From Eledone cirrhosa (taxonomy: Eukaryota): a stretch of DNA of 64,000 nt. The DNA lies in contig OZ024740.1 in the NCBI GenBank assembly GCA_964016885.1, positions 396,118,001-396,182,000 of the forward strand. Reading direction: 5' to 3'. The notes under the pieces are model-generated. The model was not told where the DNA came from. It was given only the letters and a program-made list of their open reading frames with translations, and made no database searches. Below are positions 51,614 to 62,227 of this stretch, piece after piece. Each line of letters opens with the position of its first letter. Within the stretch, counting starts at the first letter, position 1. A program made the translations under genes and the position numbers.

Positions 51614-54600
51614 CTACAGGCTTATGTAAAGAGAAGGCCCATTCACACGGGCCATTCTCGCCACTTTCACCCACCTTTCATAAAAACGACTGGGGTGCAG
51701 CACCTCTCTCTCCATCCTGATCCTTCTTCCGAAATGATATCGGAAGAAACGGACCAGTTGTTGGCCAGAGAGAAAGGTGCCTGACCTCAGTCCTTTCAGA
51801 CGCGTCCACCATACAACCTCTTTCGCCATGGCTATTACGCACAGAAACACCGCCTCTGCTTCATCTTTGAAGGGGGGAGGCGGCTTGATCATTACAATAG
51901 ACTCGGTGGTCAACCGGATCGGTCCCACCCTTGACAGCAGTTGTTCGACATAGCCCCACAGATCGGCTACGCCCGAGCAGTGTACCAATGCGTGTGCAAC
52001 GGTTTCCTCGCCGCACACGCATCTGGGACAGATCTTTTTGGCGGGGTCCCTACCCGGGCGCCCGTGTCTGTAGAGCCTTTCTCGAACGGGTAAAGCCCCT
52101 CGGTAGCACTGCCAGGCCAGGGACTTCTGGAAGTTGTCCATAGGTCCCGGGCTGAATGTCCTACCGAACAGGCTGGCCAGTTCGTCCTCCTCCATGTCTA
52201 GGGCTTCTCCGAGGGCGTCGTCGCACCTGCTGCGTACCAGCCCTCTATAGAATGTTGCGGTGGAGTCTCCACTGATAACCGGATCCGCCTGCCAGAGGGC
52301 GGTGAGCGCCTGGGCACACTCAGTGTGCCAGGCGCCCAGTTTTCTCGGTCTTTGCTTGACCCAGGATTGCAGCTCGGTGAGTGAGACGAGTCTGGGAAAG
52401 GTTCGTCTCACAAACGAGGCCCACACCGGTTGTCCGGTGAGGAATACGTAGAGGTGCCGTAGCCTTAATGCGTGTTTACGCATCATTAGCCACGGCATCC
52501 CCAGCCCTCCTTTCGAAGGGTGTTGACAGCAGATGGATCTCCTCACCATAGGAGCCCGCCTCTTCCAAAGGAATTGGAAGAGCGCGCGCTCCATCTTGGT
52601 GAGGGTTTCCCTTGGGCAGGGCACTACGGTCAGGCGGTAGTAGATGACGGACGCTATATAAGTGTTCGCCACCTCCGCCCGACCTTTCAGGGATAGTTTG
52701 CAACTGGCCCACTTCTGGGTCAGTGCAAACACCCTGTTCGTAACCTCCGCCCAGTTTTTCTCCACCTGGAGGTCCGGTCCGAACCAGACCCCGAGCAACT
52801 TCACCGGGCCCTCCGTCCAGCGTCCGACGACGCCATCAGAGGGCATCGTTCTGACCCTCCACGTGCCGAGTTGCAAACCGATCGACTTGTCCCGGTTCAG
52901 CTTAGCCCCTGTGAACTTTTCGTACTCCTCCAGTAAGGTGCCGACCGCCTCGATTTCGGAGGCCGTCGACACCATTACTGTCACATCATCGGCGTAGGCC
53001 GACACCGCTTTCCGCAATCCCGGTTCCAAAGGGATGCCCTGCAACAACTCCAACTTCCGCAGTAGTGGCTCGAGAGTCAACACATACAGAAGGGAGGAGA
53101 GAGGGCACCCTTGTCGGATGGACCGCGCGATTTTGAACGGCTCCGAGAGGTAGCCGTTCACCTTGACCCTAGAGCAGATGCGGCTGCTGTGCATAGCAGT
53201 GATCCAGCCCCTGAAAACGGGTCCGAAGCCTGCCGCCGCTAGCACCGCATCCAGGTAACCATGGTCGACCCTATCGAACGCCTTAGATTGATCCAAGTTG
53301 ATCAGAGCCCCACCAAAGCCGGGTTCGTTCCCAACCCTCTCTATGATGTATCGCATGAGGTGGAGGTTGTCATGGATGGACCTGGACGGGATAGCGCATG
53401 TCTGCGCATCTCCCACCAGGTTGCCCACGACAAGCGCCAACCTCTTTGCTAGCACCTTGGCCAAAATCTGTAACTCTGTATTTAGCAGAGTTATGGGCCT
53501 GAAGTTACTTATTTCGTCCCCCTTGTTCTCGTCCTTCCTCACTAGCGTGACTACGCCCTTGGTCACAGTACAGGGAATTCTCCCGTTCTGTTGCCAGTTG
53601 CAGTAGACCGCCTCGAGGAGATCGGGGAACAAGTCCGGCATAGCTAGATATAATTCGTAAGGAAGACCATCGAGACCCGGGGATTTGCGTTTGCCGCATT
53701 GGCTCAGCACGTCCTCTATCTCAGCGGCCGAAATTGGCTCCTCGCAGGACTTCGCCTCCCTGTCCGAGAGGCGCGGCAGGCCGTCGAGGTATGGACCGAA
53801 GTCCACGTTCCCAACCGGCTCCCCGCCCCTCCCGAACAGTCGGGCAAAGTGCCTTTGAAAGGCCTCACACATCTGCTTAGGCTCAAGAATCGCCCGTCCA
53901 TCCAGGTCTCGCAAAGACCGGATGGTGGATTTAGTTCCACTGTTGGCCTCTGTCACGCGGGCCCAGCTAACAGCTTTGGTCCCCTCGTTCCCTAGAGCAC
54001 GTATTTTACTTCGGACAACGCAGCCTTCGTGCTTCGCGTCGAAAAACTGGCTCAAAGCCGTTCTCGACGCTAGCACTCTGGCCACGTCGCCGCTTCTGAT
54101 TGCCTCTTCTACTCTATCTATTAGCTCCCTTTCCTTCCTATTCCTATCCGCAGCTAGAACCTTACTAAATTCAATCGAGACTACTCTAATCTCTCTCTCT
54201 TTAGAGATACCCACCACCTGCTGTTGACGATTGCTCCAGTCAACCGTTCCTTAACTAACGTACTAATCCGATTCCTGTAGGCTCTACTTGCCGGCAAGGA
54301 CAAGTTGAGCTTCCAGTAACCGGGGCCCTGTCTATGCGTTCTATCAAGGTTGACCATGCAGGTCACCAACTTGTGGTCTGAATAGCCAACCATGAGCATT
54401 TCTGGACAACTTAAAAAGTCCCTGTCCTTATTTCTAACTAAAAATCTATCTAGGTACGATCTAGATGATCCGCTGCGATTTGACCAAGACCAGGTTGGCA
54501 CCGTCGGAAAATCTAGTCGAAATCTATCGGCCAGGTCAAATCGGCCGAGTAACCCCTTGAGGCTGTTGCACCCCTCTCTATCGGGACATGCCCCTGCATA

Positions 54601-55053
54601 GTCCCAACGTGCATCCAGGATACCATTCCAATCCCCCACTAAAAGCAGGGAACGGGACGTCCCTAGAAAAGACTCCAGACGCTGGAAAAAGTCGGGCCGC
54701 TCTGTCCCAAAAGGGGCATATGCGGCTATCAGCCTAAAGGCTCTACCTTCACCACTGCCAAGGTCCAGCACCACCAGTCGACCCCCTGGGTCCAAGTGAA
54801 CTATCTGTGTTGCAAGGCCCATATGTTTTTGCAGCAGAACGACAACCCCACCCCCACCTCCGGGCTGACAGAGAGATGCGTGCATCTCAAAGTCGTCAAA
54901 GGTGGGGGCTAGCTGTCGCATGCTGCTGATCCGGGCCTCGCAGATAACCATCACATTTATAGATTGTGACCTGAGGTTATTTAGAAGCATTGCTTGCTTC
55001 CAAGACGAGCCCAGGCCACGCGCATTTAGACACCCTACTCTTAGCACAGCCAT
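51614..55053 (-). pseudogene. Tx1/L1 ORF2: APE endonuclease, reverse transcriptase and C-terminal Zn finger, with one frameshift
   Basis: Motifs LNARGL, YAP, GDWN, SYLDRFL, SDH, GPGYWKLN, SPGLDGL, FRPITLLN, DQSKAFDRV, RQGCPLS, YADD and CPRC..ETVAHALVHC. One extra AG in the (AG)n run at about 54191-54200. Confidence 0.93.
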
Positions 55054-55077
55054 GTTGGTGGTAAAGAGAAAAGGCAC

Positions 55078-56753
55078 TTACCTCTCTGCGTCCCGGGAAA
55101 CGGGCCGCTCAATTTCCATGCTGGTTGGGGATGGGTTGTTGGGTGGGGTTGTGGTTTGTGGAAGTGAAGGGGCATCGGTGTGTTGTGGGGTTGGGGGGTT
55201 TGTCGTTGAGTGGGTGTCTGGGTGGGGTGGGGGGGTGAAATTTTTTAGGAGGACGCGGTTGATTGGTTTGGCGCAGGGGGGGCCCACGTCCTCCGTGAAA
55301 TTTATTTTCAGTGTTTTGTACAAGTGCATTGGGACTTTTATCATTTTCAAATGAGGTAGTCCCACAGCAGTTATAAAGTTTGGCCCTTCAGTTTGGACCG
55401 AAGGGTTTGCTGAAATTGTTTTCCGTAATTCTTTGTTGTCTGTGTTCATGTATGTGTATTGTAAGGTCTTTTTTTGTGTAGCAGTTAGTGTTGTGTGACA
55501 GGGAGGGGTGGTTTGTGTGTAGTTTGTGTTCTCTTGGGGGGGGTTAAAGTTAACATGCGTGTCTGTGGTGCGTCTCCTCTTCTTTCTTTTTACTTGTTGG
55601 AAGGGATCTTTTTCGTCTTGCGACGAAAGAGGTTCGTCTTCCTTGTTGGGTGGGAGGGGTATGTTTTCTGGTAGTGTTTGCGGTGTGCGTGTTTTTGTAT
55701 TTGTTTTGGGTGGGGAGGGATTGGCTGGGACAGTATTCTGTGTTATTTTTTCACGTGTTTGTTGTTGTGGTGGTGGTGGGGTTGTTGGTTGTTTTTGTTG
55801 TTGTAGTTGGGGTGGTGTTGGTGTTGGTAGCAGTGTTTTTTTTCTGTGTGAGCTGGGGACAGGCAGCCCTCAGGTGACCTCTATTGCCACAGAGGTAACA
55901 GGAGGGACGCCTACCCTCCACAATAATGTTGAGGTGGGTACGGTCATCCAGCATGACGCGCTCAGGGATTTGGGCGATGCGTTCTGGCCTTATTTGGGTC
56001 AGAACTTCGAGGCTCGTTCCACTGAACGCGTCGCCGGATGCCTTCCCTATTGAGATGAGGTTGTCCTCGTCTAAATTGAGGAAACCGGTTAGTAACCACC
56101 AGTAGTTTATGTTTGGGGTGATGGTGGTTATCCATATCCTCTGGGTTTTTTTACCCATGTAGGTGGGGAAGAAGGTGTAGTGTGTGGACCGAATTGGCGA
56201 CACAGAGTATTTTTTTGCCGCCAATTCGTCTTTCATCAATATGGATAAACTCCCATAGAGTTTATCCTTTTGTATGAAAGTGACCGTCTAACCCATGCTA
56301 GCGTGGAAGAACGGACGTAAAACGGTGATGATGTGATGATGATGATATCTCTCATCGCGTCTTTCAAGACTAACTGAATTTCCGCTTGAGATGGTTGCGC
56401 TGGTTTCTTTGTTTTATTTAAAATTGTTCGGAATACGACAGTTCGTAATTCCGTCTGTCTTTTTAGCTCCGGAGGTGAATGTATAGAAAACGAACCGTTT
56501 TCGCCAAAAGACACATATTTCTTGGCTTTTTCCAGCATTTCTTTTGCTTTTGAAATATCTTCCAGCACATAAGCGACTGATAATTTAGCCGTTTGTGCAA
56601 AAGATATTTTGTTTTCGTTTTGGATATTAGTATTGTTTTGTTTCTCGTCGTTTGAGTTGTTTTCATCTTTGTTGTTGTTGTTGTCTTTCTCGTTTCGTGT
56701 GTGGATACTTGTGACGTTTGTGTTGTTGTTGTTTTTGTTGTCTTTATTGTTGC

Positions 56754-56784
<31 letters not shown>

Positions 56785-56964
56785 GTTGTTTTCAAATTCT
56801 TGTGTAATTGTGGCTACATCTAGTGGTCGGTCAACAGGTGAAGACAATTCTTCCTCTCTCTGACCTCTGCCTTTGGCATCTGCTGCTGTGACAGTGGCAG
56901 GGGGAAGCTGTGAGTATGACTTCCCCTTTCCTTCTTTGATTGATGGTGAAGATGCTTCAGCCAT
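55078..56964 (-). pseudogene. Tx1/L1 ORF1 (gag-like, CCHC knuckle CYLCGNRGHLRAAC), interrupted
   Basis: Three ORF-track pieces join after removing the 62-bp insert (56284-56345) and one base, most plausibly in the T8 run at 55836-55843. Confidence 0.85.
56284..56345 (+). mobile_element. 62-bp RTE-type 3' tail nested in Tx1 ORF1
   Basis: Identical over about 50 bp to 15076-15125. Removing it restores the ORF1 reading ...AMRDITFIQKDKLYG... Confidence 0.92.
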
Positions 56965-57760
56965 TTTTCTCAAAATAGGGTTTTTCGAAGTTTTTCGAAA
57001 GATAAAATGTTCACAATACTATTTTGCCCAAAGGCGCAGAATATTTTGAGAGACCAACCAGATCAAAATTTGACCTGGCAGTCCCTCTACAAAATGGTAC
57101 AAAAATGAAAGTTTACAGTTTACAATTTCCGTATGAATTTAAACAAAAACTTACCGAGCGAGCTCAGCACATGTGTCCATCGTAAACAGATAGTCTAGAA
57201 AATTAGATTATAAAGATTGTCTCCTTTTTCTTGTTTGACTATTTTTCGTAGTGAAAAACCTGCTTTGAAGCAGTTAACTTTAAACTAAAATACATTTGAA
57301 ATTCTTGATTCACTCAATGTTACTTAAAATACAATTTATAAAGGGTTTTTGTCATTGATTAGCTTTGTATTAAATCATCTTATATGTAGCTTAGAGAATC
57401 ACTCTCTTAGATATAAAATACCATGATTTAATTACATCGAAGTCTAATCAATGAGCTTTTTGTACTGATTTTATGCTTAGTCAAAAAAATGTCATTTGGG
57501 GTAGCAAGAATTTTCATTAATAGTAACATTTTTGTGTAAATTCCTGGCTGTTGCTTGATTCCCTTTCTCTTAAAAAAACTAAAAAAAAAACCTCTAAATT
57601 TGTAAAGGCAGTAAAAGGCTTGGAGTTGATAGAGAAGTTTTATGGTATCTAGTTTAGTATGACACTGCTTTGAGTTCAAAACTTACTTAGCTTTTACCTT
57701 TCTATGGTCAAGGAAATATATTTCAGTGTTTTTTAAATATTAATATATATATATTAATAC

Positions 57761-59750
57761 TGGGCCTTCGGAAATAGTTGCTGAGATGCTGAAGGCATCT
57801 GGCACGGTGGGACACACCATGGTCACCCGCATAGTTAACCAAGTCGTACAGAATGGGGTTGTTCCGAAGGACTGGCATAGCAGCATCATCGTTAACTGTT
57901 ATAAGGGTAAAGGAGACGCCCTAGATAGGAGTAACTATAGAGGCATTAAATTAATCGACCAGGTCATGAAGGTCACGGAAAAAGTAATAGCGCAACTAAT
58001 CAGAGAGAGAATTGACCTAGATGAAATGCAGTTCGGGTTTGTGTCAGGCAAAAGTACCACAGACGCTCTTTTCATAGTACGACAACTACAGGAGAAGTAC
58101 CTAGCTAAAGGTAAACCCCTCTACTTAGCTTTTGTCGACTTGGAGAAAGCCTTCGACAGAGTCCCCCGCTCCATTATCTGGTGGGCTCTTAGAAAACTAG
58201 GCGTTGACGAATGGCTTGTGAGGGCTATACAAGCCATGTATAAAGAAACAGTCAGCAAGGTTAGAATTAACAACGAATATAGTGAAGAGTTTAGCGTAAA
58301 AGTTGGCGTCCATCAGGGCTCTGTTCTCAGCCCCCTACTATTTATTATTGCCCTTCAGGCTATAACAGAGGAGTTCAAGACCGGCTGCCCATGGGAACTC
58401 CTATACGCAGACGACCTGACACTCATAGCGGAATCAATGGCCGAGCTAGAGAAGAAATTCCAAACATGGAAGCACGGCCTAGAGTCAAAAGGACTTAAAA
58501 TTAACCTGGCTAAGACTAAAGTTCTAGTTTGTAGGAAAGAAAACAAGGCGGCGGTCCCTTCTGGGAAATGGTCGTGCTCGGTGTGTAGGAAAGGCGTAGG
58601 TAGAAACTCCATTTTATGTCCTAAATGCAAAGTATGGGTGCATAAAAGATGTAGTGGGATCACAGGTAAGCTAACTAAGAACATAGATTTTACATGTGGC
58701 CGGTGTTCTGGTGCAATAAGTAGCAGCAAGTGCCCACAAAATACTAGCTCTTTCAATTGCGCAGAGGGTTCTATAGAAATAGTGGACAGCTTCCGTTACC
58801 TGGGCGATAAAATCAGCAGTGGGGGAGGGTGCTCTGAAAGTACAGTAGCTAGAGTCAGAACTGGTTGGAAAAAGTTCAGAGAGCTTATACCACTATTAGC
58901 TGCTAAAGGGTTCTCACTAAAAATGAAAGGCAGGTTGTACGATGCCTGCATACGAACAGCAATGTTGCATGGCAGTGAGACCTGGACATTGTGTGCAGAG
59001 GATATACGCAGACTAGAGAGGAACGAAGCTTGCATGCTCCGCTGGATGTGTAACAGTAATATACGTGAACGGCAAAGCATAAACGAACTAAGGAAAAAAT
59101 TAGAGATAAGAGGGATCAGATGTTGTTTACTCGAGAGAAGGCTACGTTGGTATGGACACGTGATGCGCATGAAAGTCGATAGCTGTATAACAAAGTGCAG
59201 GGCAATAAAGATAGACGGTAGCCACGGAATAGGCAGACCTAGAAAAACCTGGGACGAGCTGATAAACTCCGACCTCACACACTTACACCTCTCCAAGACA
59301 ATGTCACTGGACCGAGACCTTTGGCGGTACTCAGTAACAGAGAAGACCCGCCTTACCTAAATATATAGTAAAACCTACTCCAGCCAGTAGGCATCTCTAA
59401 CAAAATACACCCCGTCCCACCACCACCACCCCCACCCCATCCACACCACCCCGTTCTATGTAAAGTTATGTTGGTGCCGCGCCATCCAGGCCGAAACAAA
59501 TGAGATCGTGTAGGTGTCACAACAAAAAAAACACACAGTCCACGCTGTAATGTGGCCGTGTAGGCAACACGGTAAAAACCTCCCAGACCCACACTGTAAA
59601 TGTGGTTGGTGTTAGGAAGGGCATCCAGCTGTAGAAAACCTGCCAGACAGTCCTATGCGAGCAAGACAATCACTCTTGCCTCAACTGGGAATACCCCCGT
59701 CCAAACCCATGCAAGCGTGGAACACGGACGTTAAACGTTGATGATGATGA
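57761..59750 (+). mobile_element. 5'-truncated RTE-clade LINE with long 3' UTR and (TGA)n tail
   Basis: Begins abruptly at GPSEIVAEML, has no endonuclease, and ends acccatgcaagcgtggaacacggacgttaaacgt followed by (TGA)n. Flanked by TA-rich tracts; no clear TSD. Confidence 0.93.
57786..59360 (+). CDS. RTE reverse transcriptase ORF (N-terminally truncated, 524 aa open) with internal PHD-type Zn finger
   Basis: NYRGIKL, QFGF, FVDLEKAFDRVP, GVHQGSVLSPLLF, YADD, FRYLG, RRLRWYGHV, GRPRKTW. Confidence 0.9.
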   Translation: MLKASGTVGHTMVTRIVNQVVQNGVVPKDWHSSIIVNCYKGKGDALDRSNYRGIKLIDQVMKVTEKVIAQLIRERIDLDEMQFGFVSGKSTTDALFIVRQLQEKYLAKGKPLYLAFVDLEKAFDRVPRSIIWWALRKLGVDEWLVRAIQAMYKETVSKVRINNEYSEEFSVKVGVHQGSVLSPLLFIIALQAITEEFKTGCPWELLYADDLTLIAESMAELEKKFQTWKHGLESKGLKINLAKTKVLVCRKENKAAVPSGKWSCSVCRKGVGRNSILCPKCKVWVHKRCSGITGKLTKNIDFTCGRCSGAISSSKCPQNTSSFNCAEGSIEIVDSFRYLGDKISSGGGCSESTVARVRTGWKKFRELIPLLAAKGFSLKMKGRLYDACIRTAMLHGSETWTLCAEDIRRLERNEACMLRWMCNSNIRERQSINELRKKLEIRGIRCCLLERRLRWYGHVMRMKVDSCITKCRAIKIDGSHGIGRPRKTWDELINSDLTHLHLSKTMSLDRDLWRYSVTEKTRLT

Positions 59751-60391
59751 TTGAGTCATATATATATATATATATATATATATCTGTTTTGGGTTTTGGA
59801 ACAGACCATAGACTAACACAAATCGAAATTCTTTCATTCAAATCGTCGTAAAAAGTGTGTGAACATTACAATCTCCTCACTCTGATTTATTCCTCTATAA
59901 ATCTGGTTTTGTGATTATGTAAGAAATGATAATAGCTATTAGTTTGATGCACAATGCTTATAAAGTAAAAGCACTGCACCATAGACCTAATGGTCATAAA
60001 TTCAGTTATTTCTATGTCATTGTATTATTGTGTCTCCTCAAGAAAAGCACATAACTCTACTCATTACAGTTTGCTTCACTGAACAAAATATTTCATAGCT
60101 GAGTTGTTAGCCATAAAAATGACATCCAGTTGTAAAAACAATTTCTCTAATGACTAGTGCCATGTTAAAGTGCTAGAACGTATGTGGGTGAGATGCCGGC
60201 CCCAGTGTGCTTGAGCACTTGACCAGTCTGTGACAACCCATACAACCTTTGCTAGTAGGGAAAAGACACTAAATGATAATGAATGTGAATCAGTATATAT
60301 ATATATATATAACAAAGGAGGTGTGGTAAGGAACCAGATGGACCATAACGCACCAGAGTACTCAATACTTAGGGTAGTAGAGTGGGTAATA

Positions 60392-60561
60392 GGAAAAAGT
60401 ATGACCCCGATGGCAGAGCTCAAGCTGTTTCGACGGCTATTTCTGGACTCAAGCAATAGAATTAACAACATAAGGTAATAATATGATTTATTACATTAGA
60501 CCAAGTCCAGAAATAGCTGTCAAAACGGCTTGAGCTCTGCCGTCGGGGTCATACATTTTCC
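60392..60561. mobile_element. Fold-back / MITE-like element with 58-bp inverted arms
   Basis: 60392-60449 pairs with 60504-60561 with 5 mismatches around a 54-nt AT-rich spacer. Confidence 0.75.
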
Positions 60562-60569
60562 CATATACA

Positions 60570-60775
60570 TATCATCATCATTTTACGTACGCTTTTCCCT
60601 GCTTGCAAGGGTGGAATGGGAACTGATTCTGGCTTGATTTCTACAGCTGGATGCCCTTCTTAACACCAACCTCATTTACAGTGAGTGCTGGGTGCTTTTT
60701 TTTTCTGTGTTGCCTACATGTCCACTTTACAGTGTGGGCTGGGTGCTTTTTTGCTGTGGCACCTCCATGACCACT
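60570..60775 (-). mobile_element. RTE-tailed short retroelement
   Basis: Reverse complement of the 14920-15130 family (ctggcttgatttctacagctggatgcccttcttaacaccaacctcatttacagtgagtgctgggtgc). Confidence 0.8.
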
Positions 60776-62034
60776 TTGCAGTGGAATGATAGGGACCCCA
60801 GTCCTATCATCTCATTTCTACAGCTGAGTAAACTGGAGCAATGTGAAATAAAGTGTCTTGCTCAAGGAAACAACACATCACCCATATATATGAAATGTAA
60901 CATTTATACTATTAAACCATATTGAAAGCCTGAATATCATATTACATTTCCTTAGTTTTTAAATATAAGATGTTTGTTCTAGTCAAAAGTAAACCATTAT
61001 TGCTATTATGATTACCTTCAGCCTAGCCTTACTATTACACAAACATATACTGAAGGCAACAAAATTACTACCTACACATCTAACAGTAGCTTTGTTTCTC
61101 TCTGATCTGATTTCAAAGCCTGTTTATTTCAGTCTTGTCCTTCATCACCTAAGGTTCCAATTTTTAAAGATCTCTCACCCTATTCCCAAACATTTTGTGG
61201 TTTTGGTCTAATGTGATAAATCATATTACCTTGACTTATGTTGCTAATTCTATTGCTTGAGTATCACAGTCTCCTATCCATTGTAAAAAATTCACCACTT
61301 TCATATAGAAGGCAATAATAAATTCACCACTTTCATATAGAAGGCAATAATAATAATAATAATAGTTTCTGATTCCCATTTGTGGGGAGGAGAAAGTTGA
61401 TTACATCAACCCCAGTGTGTTACTGGTACTTTATTTTATTGACTTTGTAAGGATGAAAGACAAAGCTAACCTTGGCAGGATTTGAAATCAGTATGTAAAG
61501 AGTTGAAACAAATACTGCTTAGAACTTGTCCGATGTTGTAACAACTCAGCCAATCTACAATAATAATAGCAACAACAACAACAATATGATATGAATTAAA
61601 CAAGTCATGATACAAGTCAATTCTTATTTGAAGTTGTTGCCTCCATAGACAGGTTGGAGGACCATGTCTCATTCATATGTTCCATTTTTTTTCATATGGT
61701 TTCTACATCTGGATGCCCTTACCAATCACTTTACAGAGTATACTGGATACATTTTATTGTGAAACTAACACTAGGTAGGCTGTCATATTCTCAATAATAC
61801 GAAATGATCATTTCAACCCTACATTGCCTCTGCTCTTTTACTAATCACATTACATAGAATACTGGGTACATTTTACCTTGATGTCGACACTAGTGAGGTT
61901 GCCTTCTGCCCTACATCACTAAAGACTCCTCAGTTTTGTTTTTGATTTTATGGAAATGTGTTGGTGTATACCAAGATTGATGACAGTCTTCAGGTTTTAG
62001 TTATGTTTTGACTAACTATATCTTTATTCTATAG

Positions 62035-62227
62035 CAGAGTTTCCCAAACATTTTCAAACATGGAACCCTTTTTAGATTGGAAACTTTTAGGCGAAACTCA
62101 AAGTCTAAACTCAAAGTCTAAACTCGAAGTCTAATACTGTTATATAGTTGTAACATAAATATATTCCTCTACCGTTTTTCAGGGAACCTCAGACACTCCT
62201 TTGCGGAACCCACCCCGGGAACCATTG
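62035..62227. mobile_element. hAT (Charlie-like) MITE
   Basis: Termini cagagtttccc ... gggaaccattg, 8-bp TSD ttctatag / ctctatag, and an internal 13-bp triplication aaactcaaagtct. Confidence 0.75.

Larger units (their letters stand above)
51350..57181 (-). mobile_element. Full-length Tx1/L1-clade non-LTR retrotransposon (~5.8 kb)
   Basis: 11-bp TSD gtaaacagata at 51339-51349 and 57182-57192. Contains 5' UTR, ORF1, ORF2 and a 3' UTR ending AATAAAAGAAAC. GC content is much higher than the flanks. Confidence 0.95.

Noticed and set aside
51931-56863. Multiple + strand ORFs within the Tx1 element
   Set aside because: They are antisense shadows of GC-rich ORF1/ORF2 with no recognisable motifs.
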